This document shows, one piece after another, positions 7,227 through 18,196 of a DNA stretch of 32,000 nt. The translations under genes were made by a program, and so were the position numbers. The stretch spans positions 2,220,001-2,252,000 of the forward strand of contig NC_017459.1 in the NCBI RefSeq assembly GCF_000237865.1, read 5' to 3'. The notes beneath the pieces are model-generated. The model had not been told where the DNA came from and did not search any database. It worked only from the letters and a program-made list of their open reading frames with translations. Position 1 is the stretch's first letter; each line of letters begins with the position of its first letter. Origin of the DNA: Haloquadratum walsbyi C23 (GTDB lineage: Archaea > Halobacteriota > Halobacteria > Halobacteriales > Haloferacaceae).

Positions 7227-7241
7227 AGCTTACTCTTATAG

Positions 7242-7736
7242 TTAATTTTCGTCGTTACTGTTAGGTTCTTCGTCTTCATCAACAGCAATTGACTTTCCTT
7301 GTTCAGTGAGCGTTGCACTGCCACCGGCATCCTCAATCAGCGTTCGTGCGGTATCGGAGAATGCATCAGCAATAACGTGTAACTCCTGTCGAACTTGACC
7401 GTCACCAAGTACTTTCGTTATATCTGCACTGTCAGCATCATCAGCAATATCTCGTGCATCGATATGATAGGCACCATCATCAAATTCAGCAGTCTCCTCT
7501 GCAACGAACAATGCTGCACCCTCATCGAGTTCCTGAACGGATATTTCTGCAACAGTCCGCTCAGCACCTGGTGGTCGTTTGAATCCGTGTTTCCCAATCG
7601 GCTCATAATTATGCTGTTCATGTTTATCACGACCAGCACGACCTCGACCACCACGGTGACCAGCACCGCGGCGATTTTTGTGCGTTCCACCACCATGCGT
7701 TCGTGACCCACGCTGTCGTCTTTTCTTTGATGTCAT
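7242..7736 (-). CDS. rpl15: 50S ribosomal protein uL15
   Basis: The N-terminus is [35 protein letters not shown]. It has a 4-nt start/stop overlap with L30 and an acidic C-terminal tail. Confidence 0.95.
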   Translation of the reverse strand: MTSKKRRQRGSRTHGGGTHKNRRGAGHRGGRGRAGRDKHEQHNYEPIGKHGFKRPPGAERTVAEISVQELDEGAALFVAEETAEFDDGAYHIDARDIADDADSADITKVLGDGQVRQELHVIADAFSDTARTLIEDAGGSATLTEQGKSIAVDEDEEPNSNDEN

Positions 7737-8200
7737 CGCATTGCCTCCAGAAGTTCATTAATTTGATCGGTGTCGTGAACACCGATCTGTCCGCCCTCAG
7801 CAGTCGGGTGTTTCTGCCCCCGATGACCACCACGCGGCGGATGTAACCGAAGAACAGGTGATAATCCCTGATCGCGAAGAGTCGTTTCCTCTTCGATAAG
7901 TGCAGTTGCAAGTGCATCGAAGTCATCATACTCGGTATGCGCTTCGAGCCACGTTTCATCAACTGTTTCATCACTATTCTCAGATTCAACGCGTCGTTCG
8001 AGCACTGTCGAAAGCACCTCAACACTTGGCTCCCCATGTGCGACGTACTCATTCACCTTTGTGATCATGCCGCGATACGTCTCTGTTTCAGGAACGAGCG
8101 CGCAATGATTCACTCGGTGAAGATTAAGCATAGCAAGCGTATCTTCAACAGCGCCACTCATATTGACAGGACCACGCAGTTGGATGATCGCTTGCATCAC
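7733..8200 (-). CDS. rpl30: 50S ribosomal protein uL30
   Basis: It contains [27 protein letters not shown], and its position in the cluster fits. Confidence 0.93.
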   Translation of the reverse strand: MMQAIIQLRGPVNMSGAVEDTLAMLNLHRVNHCALVPETETYRGMITKVNEYVAHGEPSVEVLSTVLERRVESENSDETVDETWLEAHTEYDDFDALATALIEEETTLRDQGLSPVLRLHPPRGGHRGQKHPTAEGGQIGVHDTDQINELLEAMR

Positions 8201-8856
8201 TCAGACACCTCTTGCTCGCGTTGTTTAGCTGCCGCACGACGAGGCGTCCGCGACTGCGAAGCATTTCGAAGTGCATTATATGTTGCTTTTGCAAGATTAA
8301 CTGTCGTTCGAGTGTTTCCATTCGAACGCGTCCACGCATCTTCAACGCCTGCAAGTTCAAGAATATTACTCACAGTCTCAGCAGCCGCCAACCCAAGTCC
8401 TTGCGGGGCGGGCATCACTTCAACTGTCACCGACCCAGCCTTACCCTCGGCATTTCGGGTCAACGAATTGACGCCGCCAGCAGAATCTTCCCATGACCCA
8501 GAGCCACGATCAACGGAGATAAGATTTAATTTTGCAACGTCAATCGCTTTTTGAATTGCGGAACCAACTTGATCATCACGTCCCTCGGCATAACCAAGGA
8601 ATCCATTGCGATTTCCGATTGCGACAACACAACGGAATTTCACGCGTCGACCAGAATCAGTCATCCGTTGAACCATGTTAATATCGAGCACCTCGTCGTC
8701 CAATCCAGGGAGTAACTGATCAACGAGTTCTGGTTCCTTGAGTGGAAGTCCGGAATTAAGCGCTTGTTCCATTGACGTTACATCGCCATCTTGTACCATA
8801 CGACCAAGTCGTGTGCGCGGTGTCCAGCCGTCGCTGTTTCGTTGACTCTGGCTCAT
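8197..8856 (-). CDS. rps5: 30S ribosomal protein uS5
   Basis: It contains [25 protein letters not shown], and its position in the cluster fits. Confidence 0.95.
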   Translation of the reverse strand: MSQSQRNSDGWTPRTRLGRMVQDGDVTSMEQALNSGLPLKEPELVDQLLPGLDDEVLDINMVQRMTDSGRRVKFRCVVAIGNRNGFLGYAEGRDDQVGSAIQKAIDVAKLNLISVDRGSGSWEDSAGGVNSLTRNAEGKAGSVTVEVMPAPQGLGLAAAETVSNILELAGVEDAWTRSNGNTRTTVNLAKATYNALRNASQSRTPRRAAAKQREQEVSE

Positions 8857-9470
8857 TCGTTATCACCCACTGATTGGGAATTATTATTATCTGTATCCGC
8901 GTCGGTGTTCATAGTTATATCTGTGTCTTGTATGGTCTCAAGCACCGTATCGAAATGCTCTGGAAGTGTCGTTGCATCAAAGTCGCTGTTATACAGCGGC
9001 TCATCGCGCTGCTCGGCATAGGCGGCGATATGCTCGCCACGGTTACGCGACCAGTCTGCAAGCACTGACTCATTATGTGGGATTGAGACACCCGCATCAA
9101 TTGCTCCTTCCTGGACAACAAACACCTTGTTACCGGGTGTTGCTGTGTTCAATCCAATATCGAGGACAGCCTCATCGAGATCTGCTTCAATAGCACGCAT
9201 TCCTGCAAGGTATCCGGTGAGATACGCACTTGGAAGGTTCCCTGTTGGTGCCTCCCAACCGTACTCACTCAGATGCTCTGAGGAAGCGGCTACGTGTGTT
9301 TCATCGCCATCCGGACCAGGTGTTATCAGCTGCGCCCTAACATGCCGGTTGCTCACACGAGCAACAAGGCGTGGCTTACCAGATTTTAGCAGGCGCAACC
9401 TCTGGTGGTAATCAGTCCGGACCTCGCGACGACGTCGCATCGGTACTTTGTATCGTGGTCCTGTTGCCAT
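8853..9470 (-). CDS. rpl18: 50S ribosomal protein uL18
   Basis: It contains [35 protein letters not shown] and has an acidic C-terminal extension. Confidence 0.95.
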   Translation of the reverse strand: MATGPRYKVPMRRRREVRTDYHQRLRLLKSGKPRLVARVSNRHVRAQLITPGPDGDETHVAASSEHLSEYGWEAPTGNLPSAYLTGYLAGMRAIEADLDEAVLDIGLNTATPGNKVFVVQEGAIDAGVSIPHNESVLADWSRNRGEHIAAYAEQRDEPLYNSDFDATTLPEHFDTVLETIQDTDITMNTDADTDNNNSQSVGDNE

Positions 9471-9931
9471 TATTCAATCACTATCTCCACATCATAGTTG
9501 CTGTCAATATACGCTTCAAGCCGGGCGACATCTTCGAATTCCCCGCCGGACGCCTTATTATATACCTCGCGATACTGTGTCGGCGTCAGTGGACCGTCGT
9601 CGCGAAGTTCACGAAGTCGACGGCGTTGTGCTCGAATTCGGCTCACCCATTCGTCTTTTTCGTTTTTTCGACCGCCAGAGCGTCCTTTCCGGGACCCTGG
9701 ACCTTTGCGGTGTCCATATGCCCGTTTTTCCGCTCGGCTTCGAGCGCGACCCTTCGAGTTGCTCTTTGCATCCTCTGCGCGGATGATCCCTTGGTCAACT
9801 AATTCGCGGATGTCCTCACGGGTAATTGCTTCTGCAATTTCACCCTGTTCATCAGGGTCAAACCAGATACGACTCTTTCCAACTGAAAGGACATCTGCAG
9901 CCATTCGACGTTGTGCTTTCAGGTCTGTCAT
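9470..9931 (-). CDS. rpl19e: 50S ribosomal protein eL19
   Basis: It contains [24 protein letters not shown] and a basic middle region. Confidence 0.95.
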   Translation of the reverse strand: MTDLKAQRRMAADVLSVGKSRIWFDPDEQGEIAEAITREDIRELVDQGIIRAEDAKSNSKGRARSRAEKRAYGHRKGPGSRKGRSGGRKNEKDEWVSRIRAQRRRLRELRDDGPLTPTQYREVYNKASGGEFEDVARLEAYIDSNYDVEIVIE

Positions 9932-10893
9932 TCGTCTGTAGCCTCCGTAGCTATGACTGTATCTGCATCTGCGTCATCTCCAACCTCAACCTCAACATAT
10001 GTTGGATTTAGAACACGAATCTCTCGCTCCGCGGCGACATCTTCAATTCGTTCACGCTTTCGCCCGCCAACCTTCGAGGCAATACGAACAGCCTCCGTGT
10101 CACCGTCGACACCCTCAAGATCATCGACATTGTGCACACGCACTTCTTCAAAGCCAGATGGGTGAAGACCACGGGCTGCTGTTGGTGAACGGTACCCTGC
10201 TTCAACAAGATCGCCTTTGCCTTTGATACCGCGGCGTTGTTTCGAAAGAGCTCCGCGAGGCTTCCGCCATGACTCTGGCGTTCGTTTTTTCATATGATGA
10301 TCTTGTCGGCGGAATGCGGGTTTCCCTTCACGGTGTTTTTGTCCGAGTGCACGAGCCGTTTCGGGATCAAGATCAGGTGTTTTATTCGCATGTCCGCGTG
10401 GACGAAGTTCGGTTTCGACTGTGTCTGTTTCCTCGACTTCCTCGTCAGACTCAACTTCGACAGCTGCATCAGTTTCCGTTGAGACTTCGAGTTCACCGAC
10501 ATCAGCCTTAATTCGAGCTGCAAGCGCGTTTCCAATGTCATCGACATCTGCTAAGGCTGATTGGCTCGCTGCACGGATGTCCTCAAATGAGTCATAGCCT
10601 GCCTCACGGAGTGATTCAGCTCGATCGCTACTAACACCGCTGATATCCTCAAATGACTCAGCGTCATCTGTGGCTTCAGATTCGCTATCAGTATCAGCGT
10701 CAGTGTCGGTTCCTTGATCAGGCTCTGAGTCGACTGCATTGGCGTCATTGTCAGTGTCTGCATCAGCATCTGCATCTGCATCTGCATCTGCATCTGTCTC
10801 CGATGCGTCCACATGATCGACTTCTTCTGAGCCTGAATTAATCTCTGTCTCGTCTGTTTTGTCGTTTGTATCCTCGTCGTGTTCGTCAGCCAT
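9928..10893 (-). CDS. rpl32e: 50S ribosomal protein eL32 with a long acidic, repeat-containing N-terminal extension and an HhH-like segment
   Basis: The C-terminal core is [34 protein letters not shown]...[15 protein letters not shown] chose the ATG at 10891-10893 (MADEHDED...), 1 nt after the L6 stop, instead of the ORF-track start at 10938. Confidence 0.9.
   Translation of the reverse strand: MADEHDEDTNDKTDETEINSGSEEVDHVDASETDADADADADADADTDNDANAVDSEPDQGTDTDADTDSESEATDDAESFEDISGVSSDRAESLREAGYDSFEDIRAASQSALADVDDIGNALAARIKADVGELEVSTETDAAVEVESDEEVEETDTVETELRPRGHANKTPDLDPETARALGQKHREGKPAFRRQDHHMKKRTPESWRKPRGALSKQRRGIKGKGDLVEAGYRSPTAARGLHPSGFEEVRVHNVDDLEGVDGDTEAVRIASKVGGRKRERIEDVAAEREIRVLNPTYVEVEVGDDADADTVIATEATDE
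10757..10797. repeat. (GCATCT)n hexanucleotide microsatellite inside rpl32e, encoding (Asp-Ala)n
   Basis: There are five perfect GCATCT units at 10766-10795 plus an imperfect flank. The translation is [11 protein letters not shown]. Confidence 0.9.
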
Positions 10894-10894
10894 T

Positions 10895-11461
10895 TCAGGC
10901 ACCTCCTTGTTGTGGCTTCTGCGTGATGTAGACCCCATCTTGGAAAATTCGGGTATCTTTATCAGTCACGCGCGTGAGTTGTTCGATGTCAGCCGCAGTC
11001 TGTCCGACATCTTCTTTCGATGGACCTGTCAGTGTGACCATCTCGCCATCAATCTGTACATTTGTGTCACCACGGATTGGGGTACGACGAGAGTCTTTTT
11101 CACCAAGGAAATTCTCGATGATCACCTCATCACCCTCGACAGATACCTGCATCGGGAAGTGAGCATAGTAGACTTCCATTTCATATGACCAACCGTCGGT
11201 TACTCCATGGATCATATTCGATACATGACTCTCAAAGGTGCCAACAGTGGCACTTGTCTTTGCGTCTGTCTCATCAGTTTCGATAACGACTGCATCTGCA
11301 TCTGCATCTGCATCCGCATCCGCATCTGCATCGATACTGACTGTCACAGACGGGTACCAAAGCGTTCGTGTCACACTACCGTTTGGTCCCTCAACCGTCA
11401 ACGCGAGGTTTGATACCTCAGCGCTAACATTCTCTGGAATTTCAATTGCTGTTCGGGTCAT
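10895..11461 (-). CDS. rpl6: 50S ribosomal protein uL6 with an internal (Asp-Ala)n insertion
   Basis: It contains [13 protein letters not shown] and [21 protein letters not shown] ... [10 protein letters not shown]. The insertion is [22 protein letters not shown]. Confidence 0.95.
   Translation of the reverse strand: MTRTAIEIPENVSAEVSNLALTVEGPNGSVTRTLWYPSVTVSIDADADADADADADAVVIETDETDAKTSATVGTFESHVSNMIHGVTDGWSYEMEVYYAHFPMQVSVEGDEVIIENFLGEKDSRRTPIRGDTNVQIDGEMVTLTGPSKEDVGQTAADIEQLTRVTDKDTRIFQDGVYITQKPQQGGA
11292..11333. repeat. (GCATCY)7 hexanucleotide microsatellite inside rpl6
   Basis: It reads GCATCT x3, GCATCC x2, GCATCT, GCATCG, in frame. Confidence 0.9.
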
Positions 11462-11465
11462 TATT

Positions 11466-11858
11466 TCAGTATACGTAAGCGATTACTTGACCACCAATAC
11501 CCGTTTCACGGGCTTCATAGTGGCTCATTACGCCGTGGCTTGTAGTGACGATAAGTGCGCCATAATCACGAGCTGGGAGGTATCTTTTTTCCCATCGTTC
11601 GAACTCATCGGCACCAGCTGAGTATCGGGGCTTTACTGCACCGCACTCATTAATGCCACCGCTCAATTCAACCTCAAATCGACCGGCTTTACCATCATCA
11701 ACGAATTCAAATCCGTTGATATACCCGCGGTCATAAAATACCTCGAGCACAGAGCCAATCACATTTGAGGCGGGCTGTATCTCATGAGAGAGGTGTCCAA
11801 CACTCTCTGCATTATCAACACCTGAAAGTGCGTTCGCAAGTGGATCATTTCCTGTCAT
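11466..11858 (-). CDS. rps8: 30S ribosomal protein uS8
   Basis: It contains [19 protein letters not shown], and its position in the cluster fits. Confidence 0.95.
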   Translation of the reverse strand: MTGNDPLANALSGVDNAESVGHLSHEIQPASNVIGSVLEVFYDRGYINGFEFVDDGKAGRFEVELSGGINECGAVKPRYSAGADEFERWEKRYLPARDYGALIVTTSHGVMSHYEARETGIGGQVIAYVY

Positions 11859-11860
11859 AA

Positions 11861-12037
11861 TTATCGATACTTCTTGAATCCCATGTCGCGGGCGACTTCA
11901 CGAAAGCATTGTCGACACAGATAGATATCATACTTTCCGACAAGACCTTGATTGCGACCACATCGTCGGCACTCATGAGTCTGTCCTGTCCGATGGCTTG
12001 CGTGTTCACCCGTCTGTTCAGTTTCTGATTCGCTCAT
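11861..12037 (-). CDS. rps14: 30S ribosomal protein uS14 (zinc-binding type), 58 aa; absent from the ORF track because it is under 60 aa
   Basis: My manual translation is [58 protein letters not shown]. The ATG is at 12035-12037 and the TAA at 11861-11863. Confidence 0.9.
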   Translation of the reverse strand: MSESETEQTGEHASHRTGQTHECRRCGRNQGLVGKYDIYLCRQCFREVARDMGFKKYR

Positions 12038-12043
12038 GTACGA

Positions 12044-12601
12044 TTAGTTGTCTCCGCCATCGCGCGTGTCTGCGCTGACACGTGTAATATCTACAGTGAA
12101 TTCTGATTCGATAAACTGTACTGCATCTGAAGGTGTCAGTCGATGGCGAGACGGAATCGGCTGTGATGCTTTATCCCGTTTTGTCACTCGATATCCGGGT
12201 CGTGTGAGATTAACCGTCACATCGAGTCCATAAATACCGATCTGTGGATCATATTCTTGAGACGGGAATGTCGTATGTTCTTCGACTCCAAAGCTGAAAT
12301 TACCAGTTTCATCGAACTGCCGCTCTGAGATGGTGACAAGCGGCAGTGCCTTTTCAAGGAATGATTTGGCGTCTGCCCCTCGCAATGTGACCTTCGCACC
12401 GATTGGATCACCTTCACGTGCGCCAAACTGTGATGCTGCACGCGTTGCGGTCGTTCGGACAGCGGTCTGACCAGCAATCTCTTCAAGAATCTCCTCTGCA
12501 TTGGCGAGTTCACGTCCACCCTCGCCGACTGCCATATGAACAACAACCTTCTCAAGTTGTGGTTCACGCATCTCATGGAAAGTACTGTCAGTTTCGCTCA
12601 T
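12044..12601 (-). CDS. rpl5: 50S ribosomal protein uL5
   Basis: It contains [29 protein letters not shown], and its position in the cluster fits. Confidence 0.95.
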   Translation of the reverse strand: MSETDSTFHEMREPQLEKVVVHMAVGEGGRELANAEEILEEIAGQTAVRTTATRAASQFGAREGDPIGAKVTLRGADAKSFLEKALPLVTISERQFDETGNFSFGVEEHTTFPSQEYDPQIGIYGLDVTVNLTRPGYRVTKRDKASQPIPSRHRLTPSDAVQFIESEFTVDITRVSADTRDGGDN

Positions 12602-13395
12602 TCATTACCCTCCTGTGTGTTAGTGTCGTCGTCTGCGTCGTTATCTGCATTGTTGTCGACATCATCACCGGTAACATCCGGGTCAGCAGTGTCCTCATCA
12701 TCGGTAAAATTCTCATCGATGACAACAACATACGGCTCAATTGTTTCAAATTGTCCGTCACCTGTCGATACCGATACAGTATTTTCACTGCTTCCAGCAG
12801 TGACGGTGATTGTCTCGATCTCGCCAATCTCGCCTGAATGCTTTCCACTAACAGCAGTCACGAGTGCACCTTCCTCATATGGGAAGTGCGCGACAATTTC
12901 TTTCGTCTCATTATCGATGACAAGCGAATCCCGTGGATTGTACGTATCAATCTCATCAGCATTGACACGGATATTTGCGCCGTCGTGTAGCGTGAGTTGA
13001 ATCGCCCCACCGCTAACCTGCTGTTTATTAATTATCTTTCCGAGTCGGCTGTTTGCATCCGATATATCAATTGGTGTGAGTGCAAGTCGACCGCCCGCTT
13101 CTGGGAAGACTCGATAATATTCTTCACGTTCAGTAAACGCAAGAATATCAAACAGTCCAACCGGTCGCTGTTCATCACTTACAACATCACCATTGACCAA
13201 GACAGATCGCTGATTCAATGCATACCGCGCTTCTTTTTTCGAGTCTGCATATCCCAGCACATCTCGTAAAAGAATCACCAATGGCACACCCGATTCACCA
13301 TGTGGACCTGCCCCAGCCTTGACCGTGAATGTCTCTGTCTTCCGTTCAATCGGCCATGAATCCGGTGCAGAGAGCCGTTTTTGATGCTGTGTCAT
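12598..13395 (-). CDS. rps4e: 30S ribosomal protein eS4 with an acidic C-terminal tail
   Basis: It contains [29 protein letters not shown]. The tail is [26 protein letters not shown]. Confidence 0.95.
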   Translation of the reverse strand: MTQHQKRLSAPDSWPIERKTETFTVKAGAGPHGESGVPLVILLRDVLGYADSKKEARYALNQRSVLVNGDVVSDEQRPVGLFDILAFTEREEYYRVFPEAGGRLALTPIDISDANSRLGKIINKQQVSGGAIQLTLHDGANIRVNADEIDTYNPRDSLVIDNETKEIVAHFPYEEGALVTAVSGKHSGEIGEIETITVTAGSSENTVSVSTGDGQFETIEPYVVVIDENFTDDEDTADPDVTGDDVDNNADNDADDDTNTQEGNE

Positions 13396-13751
13396 TGCTC
13401 ATCTCCTTCTTCAAGACGTGCTTCACGTTTGCTATCTTCAAGATTCAATTCTGTTACACGAAGATTTGATGAATCGATCGGTCGCGGGACCTCCTCGCCA
13501 TCAGCCTTCTCAATTGTTACGTCTTCAACATGAATAACCGTCTCAGTGAGATCAACAGTAACGACTTCAGCTTCATGACCGGCATCGTCACCTCGAAGCA
13601 CTTCAACAGTATCACCTGTATTGACGCGGACGTTCCGCTGTCCATACTCTTCACGAAGTTCATCAGAAAGCGTTGCACGAACTGCTCGCTGCCGTTCATG
13701 TAATGGGGCAGTTTCCGTTCGCGTTCGCTGTTTGCGTGGTTGTTTACTCAT
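13392..13751 (-). CDS. rpl24: 50S ribosomal protein uL24
   Basis: It has a KOW-type segment, [28 protein letters not shown]. Confidence 0.93.
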   Translation of the reverse strand: MSKQPRKQRTRTETAPLHERQRAVRATLSDELREEYGQRNVRVNTGDTVEVLRGDDAGHEAEVVTVDLTETVIHVEDVTIEKADGEEVPRPIDSSNLRVTELNLEDSKREARLEEGDEQ

Positions 13752-13760
13752 AATCCATAC

Positions 13761-14162
13761 TTACACAATCATTGTTGCTGTTGATGCAATACTCCCAAAG
13801 CGCTCAGCTACTTCACGCGCAATTGGACCTTTAATTTCGGTCCCACGCGGTTCTTCCATCTCGTCGATAATAACAGCAGCATTATCTTCGAATTTGACGC
13901 GCGTTCCATCTGGACGGCGGATTGATTTTCGCTGCCGAACGATGACGGCTTCCAGCACCTGGCGTCGCATTTCGGGCGTTCCCTTTGTCACTGAAACAGT
14001 GACTTGATCGCCAATGCCTGCTTTGGGGTGTCGATTCTTTGTTCCTGAGCTACCCATCACGCTGATAACTTTCAGTTCACGTGCGCCGGTATTATCAGCA
14101 CATGTGACAAGGGACCCACGTTCAAGGCCCTTTGTGACATCGGCTTTCAGTGCCTCCATCAC
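13761..14162 (-). CDS. rpl14: 50S ribosomal protein uL14
   Basis: It contains [15 protein letters not shown] ... [10 protein letters not shown]. Confidence 0.95.
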
Positions 14163-14491
14163 TCAGCACCTCCAGTGTCGATCTGTTCGACAACAACGTG
14201 GGATTTCGTCTTCGACAGCGGTCGGGTCTCTGCGATGCGAACCGTATCGCCCTCCGCAAGGTCAACGCACGGTGGTGCGTGTGCGGGGATGCGACTACGC
14301 CGCTTCATAAGGCGGTCGTACTTGGGAACGCGAACATCGTATTCACGTTCGACAATAACGGTCTTGTCCATATCTGTTGAGGCAACTGTGCCTTCGAGTG
14401 TCTGCCCGCGCACGGAAAGCGATCCGTGGAACGGACAGTTCGTGTCAGCACAGGATACCTCTGGTTCGGTTACATTCAGTCCTATCGCCAT
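14159..14491 (-). CDS. rps17: 30S ribosomal protein uS17
   Basis: It contains [32 protein letters not shown]. Confidence 0.93.
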
Positions 14492-15168
14492 AATGAGTCT
14501 CCTGCTTTTTCAGTTCGTAACGCGGGTCGTGAGAGCAATCGTGTTCCATCCACCGTAACGTAGGCCGCATCCTCGCACATCTCAGCATTCTGTGCTGTTG
14601 ATCCCGATATTGGGCGATTGGACTGACAAGCAGGCAAGTCTGAATTGTGTCGTGCCTCACCAGTAGTATCCAATCGGTGGTTGGATGTGGTCCCCGACGT
14701 CTTCACAACGCCGGCGGCTTCATCTGTGATATTCATATTCGATTCGTGTGTCGTTGATGAGTGTTGAGCTGATCCTGAGACCGATTCAGCTTTATCACTC
14801 GTCGGGTTCTGCCCGTGACTATGTGTTAATGTAGATACACTATCGATCTCGATTGCTGATTCAAGACAAAATTCGAATACCGAATCACGTTTCGGCACCT
14901 GTTTGATCTGTGTATCACATTGCTCCTGCCCCTGTGGCTGACTGTGGGTATGCATATGTACTGGCTCCTGAGTGCTGACACAATGATGAGCCGGTGGCGA
15001 CGGCGATTCCATTGCCACTGTAGATATCGATTCAATGTGGAGTGTCTGCATTGTTTCATCAACCACACGTCCGCTGATTCCAATGAGATCTGGATTTGCG
15101 GCATCAGCAACGGCTATATAAAGCCCAATAAGTTCGTGTCGTGTGAGTGTCTCAGGTGTCAGTGCCAT
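14482..15168 (-). CDS. rnp1: RNase P protein component 1 (Rpp29/Pop4 family), about twice normal length because of two internal insertions
   Basis: The conserved blocks are LTRHELIGLYIAVADAANPDLIGISGRVVDETMQTLHIES, VPKRDSVFEFCLES and YVTVDGTRLLSRPALRTEK. It holds the conserved position between L29 and S17. Confidence 0.85.
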   Translation of the reverse strand: MALTPETLTRHELIGLYIAVADAANPDLIGISGRVVDETMQTLHIESISTVAMESPSPPAHHCVSTQEPVHMHTHSQPQGQEQCDTQIKQVPKRDSVFEFCLESAIEIDSVSTLTHSHGQNPTSDKAESVSGSAQHSSTTHESNMNITDEAAGVVKTSGTTSNHRLDTTGEARHNSDLPACQSNRPISGSTAQNAEMCEDAAYVTVDGTRLLSRPALRTEKAGDSLWR

Positions 15169-15192
15169 TTGGGTTAATATAGCGGTGAGTCG

Positions 15193-15420
15193 CTAGCTTT
15201 CGGAGTCCGGCTCGGTTTCATGATCTCCTTCTTCATGTTGGATTGTTTTGATGCGAGCGATTGTCCGTTTGAGTTCGCCAACACGTCCCGGATTTTCTGG
15301 AGCCCCTCCGGCAGCCTGCTCCGCTTTCGAGTTGAGCAACTCTGTTTCGAGTGTTTCAAGCTCAGCCTGTCGTTCTGCAGGCGTCATGTCGCGGAGTTCA
15401 TCAGCGTAGACAATTGCCAT
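15193..15420 (-). CDS. rpl29: 50S ribosomal protein uL29
   Basis: It contains [23 protein letters not shown]. Confidence 0.92.
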   Translation of the reverse strand: MAIVYADELRDMTPAERQAELETLETELLNSKAEQAAGGAPENPGRVGELKRTIARIKTIQHEEGDHETEPDSES

Positions 15421-16392
15421 CTATACGTCCTCCTCATCGATATCTTCCATTTCTGCAACGAGGTCTTCAGCCTCAGCTTCAACCTCAGCATCAAGTTCTT
15501 CGACTTCTTCTGCAACCGTTTCAGTGTCGTTGCCTGAGTCATCTGAGACAACTTCAATATCCTCAACGTCCTCATCATCGCCGCCAATGTCGACAGGTTC
15601 AGTGACAACCTCCTCATCCTCAGATGACACTCCAGGATCAGCTTCAACAACCTCCTCATCGATGATTTCTTCAGGAGTCTCTTGTGGAACGGTCACGTCA
15701 TCATCAGCACCAACATCAGGAATGTCTGCGGGATCCTCCGCAAGGAGCGAGTCAACTCCATCACTTTCTGCAACCTGCTCAACGGGTTCAACATCGACAT
15801 CATCGTGAATCTCGAAGTCATCAGGAAGCTCTGCTCCCGGTGGGATGATTTTCACCGTCACGCCGATTGTTCCGAGTTTCATTACGGCAACTCCCTGTCC
15901 CTCATCGACAATTTCCTGAGCTGGCTCACCGTTATGCTTGATGTATCCACGGTTAAACTTCTCAACGCGTGATCGCGCACCAGTTACCTTTCCACTCAGG
16001 ACAATTTCGGCTCCAAGCGCACCAGATTCAATGATTCGATCAATCGTGGTATGACCGGCTTTCCGGAAGTACCATCCGCGCTCAAGCGCGTTTGCAAGAC
16101 GATCTGCAACAATCCGTGCGTTCAGATCGGGCTCATCAACTTCCTGAACATCGATCTGTGGATCATCGAGATTAAATCGATCTTCAAGCTCGCGAGTGAC
16201 CTTTCGGATATTTTTTCCACCCTTTCCGATGACCATCCCCGGTTTTTCTGCCTTGAGGACAATCTGCGTACCCATCGGAGTCTTTGCAACATCCATACCA
16301 CCATAACCGGCACGACCAAGTTCATCTGCAAAGAACTCATCAATCTGCGAGCGTTGCAACCCATTTTCTATGAATTGATGTTCGTCTGCCAT
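15421..16392 (-). CDS. rps3: 30S ribosomal protein uS3 with a roughly 100-aa acidic C-terminal tail
   Basis: It has a KH segment, KPGMVIGKGGKNIRKVTRELE. Confidence 0.95.
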   Translation of the reverse strand: MADEHQFIENGLQRSQIDEFFADELGRAGYGGMDVAKTPMGTQIVLKAEKPGMVIGKGGKNIRKVTRELEDRFNLDDPQIDVQEVDEPDLNARIVADRLANALERGWYFRKAGHTTIDRIIESGALGAEIVLSGKVTGARSRVEKFNRGYIKHNGEPAQEIVDEGQGVAVMKLGTIGVTVKIIPPGAELPDDFEIHDDVDVEPVEQVAESDGVDSLLAEDPADIPDVGADDDVTVPQETPEEIIDEEVVEADPGVSSEDEEVVTEPVDIGGDDEDVEDIEVVSDDSGNDTETVAEEVEELDAEVEAEAEDLVAEMEDIDEEDV

Positions 16393-16868
16393 TAGATATC
16401 TACCCCATCTGTTCCAGGTTGTTCAATAATTAATTCAACATCGCAAATGGTCGTATTCCATGGGTCAGCACTACCAAATGCGCGTGGCTTTCGACCTTGT
16501 CGCTCGCCTACTTTGTGTGCAGCAACATGTCTGATCGCCATTGCATTCCCATCAAATCCCTGTTCATTTGCATTTGAAGCGACATTCTCAATTAACTCAA
16601 GAAACGCTTTTGATGCCTTCTCTGGATAGCGTCCAGCATCCCATCCATCAATGTCTGAACGGTGACCAACACCGGAGTTATGTTGACGGAATGGAACTGA
16701 CTGTCGCTGTGCAATCACATCATCGAGATATGATTCTGCGTCTGCGATAGTCATTCCCTTTATTTCGCGGGCAATGGCTTTGCTATGCTTCAAACTGATT
16801 GGCCGGTCGCGAAGCATTCCTCTGGCGGTTGTCTCCGGGTCGGCCTTGACACTGTAATTGATACCCAT
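16392..16868 (-). CDS. rpl22: 50S ribosomal protein uL22
   Basis: It contains SLKHSKAIAREIKGMTIADAESYLDDVI. Confidence 0.94.
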   Translation of the reverse strand: MGINYSVKADPETTARGMLRDRPISLKHSKAIAREIKGMTIADAESYLDDVIAQRQSVPFRQHNSGVGHRSDIDGWDAGRYPEKASKAFLELIENVASNANEQGFDGNAMAIRHVAAHKVGERQGRKPRAFGSADPWNTTICDVELIIEQPGTDGVDI

Positions 16869-16894
16869 ATGTGGTGTAGTATGATTTGTTGACG

Positions 16895-17317
16895 TTACTT
16901 GAGCGGCACAAACTTCGAAGACCGTGTTGCACCAATGCCGGCTTGTCCATGCTCAACAGACGTTCGTGTCAGTTGGAATTCGCCAAGATAATGACCGATC
17001 ATTTCAGGTTCAATTCGAACCCGTTCAAATGACTGACCATTATATACAGCTATTGTCTTCTCAACGAATGACGGCAGGATTGGCATATCACGAAGATGTG
17101 TCCGAATCGGATCATTTGCTGTCTTCTGGGGGTCTGCATCACGAACAGTCTCGCGTAACTTTTGCTGCTCCGTTGTCAAACCGCGTTCAATAGTTCGCCG
17201 CTGTCGAGCGGGGAGCAATGCTGTGATGTCTTCGAGTGACATTGCCTGCAGTTCATCAAGTGTGTGACCGCGATAAGTGAACTCACCCTCACGGCCAGTA
17301 CGGTATTCAGAACTCAT
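16895..17317 (-). CDS. rps19: 30S ribosomal protein uS19
   Basis: It contains [29 protein letters not shown]. Confidence 0.95.
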   Translation of the reverse strand: MSSEYRTGREGEFTYRGHTLDELQAMSLEDITALLPARQRRTIERGLTTEQQKLRETVRDADPQKTANDPIRTHLRDMPILPSFVEKTIAVYNGQSFERVRIEPEMIGHYLGEFQLTRTSVEHGQAGIGATRSSKFVPLK

Positions 17318-17461
17318 GTAATTATGATATGATTGTTGTAGTCGTTTGTTATACTGCTGTACATCTGTCTATTGTCTTGGTGTGAATGATACTGGATTGA
17401 ACATGGATGCTCAATGGTGAATAGTTATCATTATACTGATAATTGTAATCACAAAAACGCA

Positions 17462-18193
17462 TCACTCACTGCTCCCATTACCACCACGTCCGGTTCGCTT
17501 CGATGCAATATCGCCCACTTTCCGTCCTGGTGGAGCATCTCGTGAGACAGATTTTGGTTGTCCGGGATGCTGTCGACCACCACCACCGAATGGGTGATCA
17601 ACAGCGTTCATCGCAACCCCACGGACACGAGGCCACTTGATTCCTCGAGCTTTCATCTTATGATGCTTCTTTCCAGCTTTTACGAACGGTTTCTCTGTCC
17701 GCCCACCTCCAGCAACAACACCGATCGTCGCCTGACATGCTGGACTGAGTCGCTTTGTCTCACCAGACGGAAGTTCGATGACAACTACATCGCGGTCATG
17801 TGTCATCAGTTGCGCACTTGTTCCAGATGCTCGAGCGAATTTCCCACCATCGCCAACCTGGCTTTCAACATTACAAACGGGGACTCCTTCTGGAATCTCT
17901 CTGAGTGGAAGTGTATTTCCTGGCTTAATCTCAGCACTTACACCAATTTGCATCGTTTCACCGACACGAATCCCTTCAGGAGCAAGAACGAGTCGGCGGT
18001 CGCCATCATCAAACTCAACGGCTGCGACCGGCGCACTTCGCGCAGGATCGTGTTCAATGTCAACGATTGTTCCTGTAATTGTATCGTCTGATTCGGATTG
18101 CTTGTGAGATAATTCAGCCTTATATCGATGCGATGGTGCTCGGAATGTGGAAGTTCCACGTCCACGTCGCTGCCCTTGGATTCGACGTCCCAT
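17462..18193 (-). CDS. rpl2: 50S ribosomal protein uL2
   Basis: It contains HPFGGGGRQHPGQPKSVSRDAPPGRKVG. Confidence 0.97.
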   Translation of the reverse strand: MGRRIQGQRRGRGTSTFRAPSHRYKAELSHKQSESDDTITGTIVDIEHDPARSAPVAAVEFDDGDRRLVLAPEGIRVGETMQIGVSAEIKPGNTLPLREIPEGVPVCNVESQVGDGGKFARASGTSAQLMTHDRDVVVIELPSGETKRLSPACQATIGVVAGGGRTEKPFVKAGKKHHKMKARGIKWPRVRGVAMNAVDHPFGGGGRQHPGQPKSVSRDAPPGRKVGDIASKRTGRGGNGSSE

Positions 18194-18196
18194 GGA

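Noticed and set aside
10757-11333. A possible CRISPR-like or other spaced repeat array signalled by the recurring GCATCT strings.
   Set aside because: These are contiguous 6-nt microsatellites inside coding sequence, with no spacers. I found no CRISPR repeat-spacer architecture anywhere in the window.
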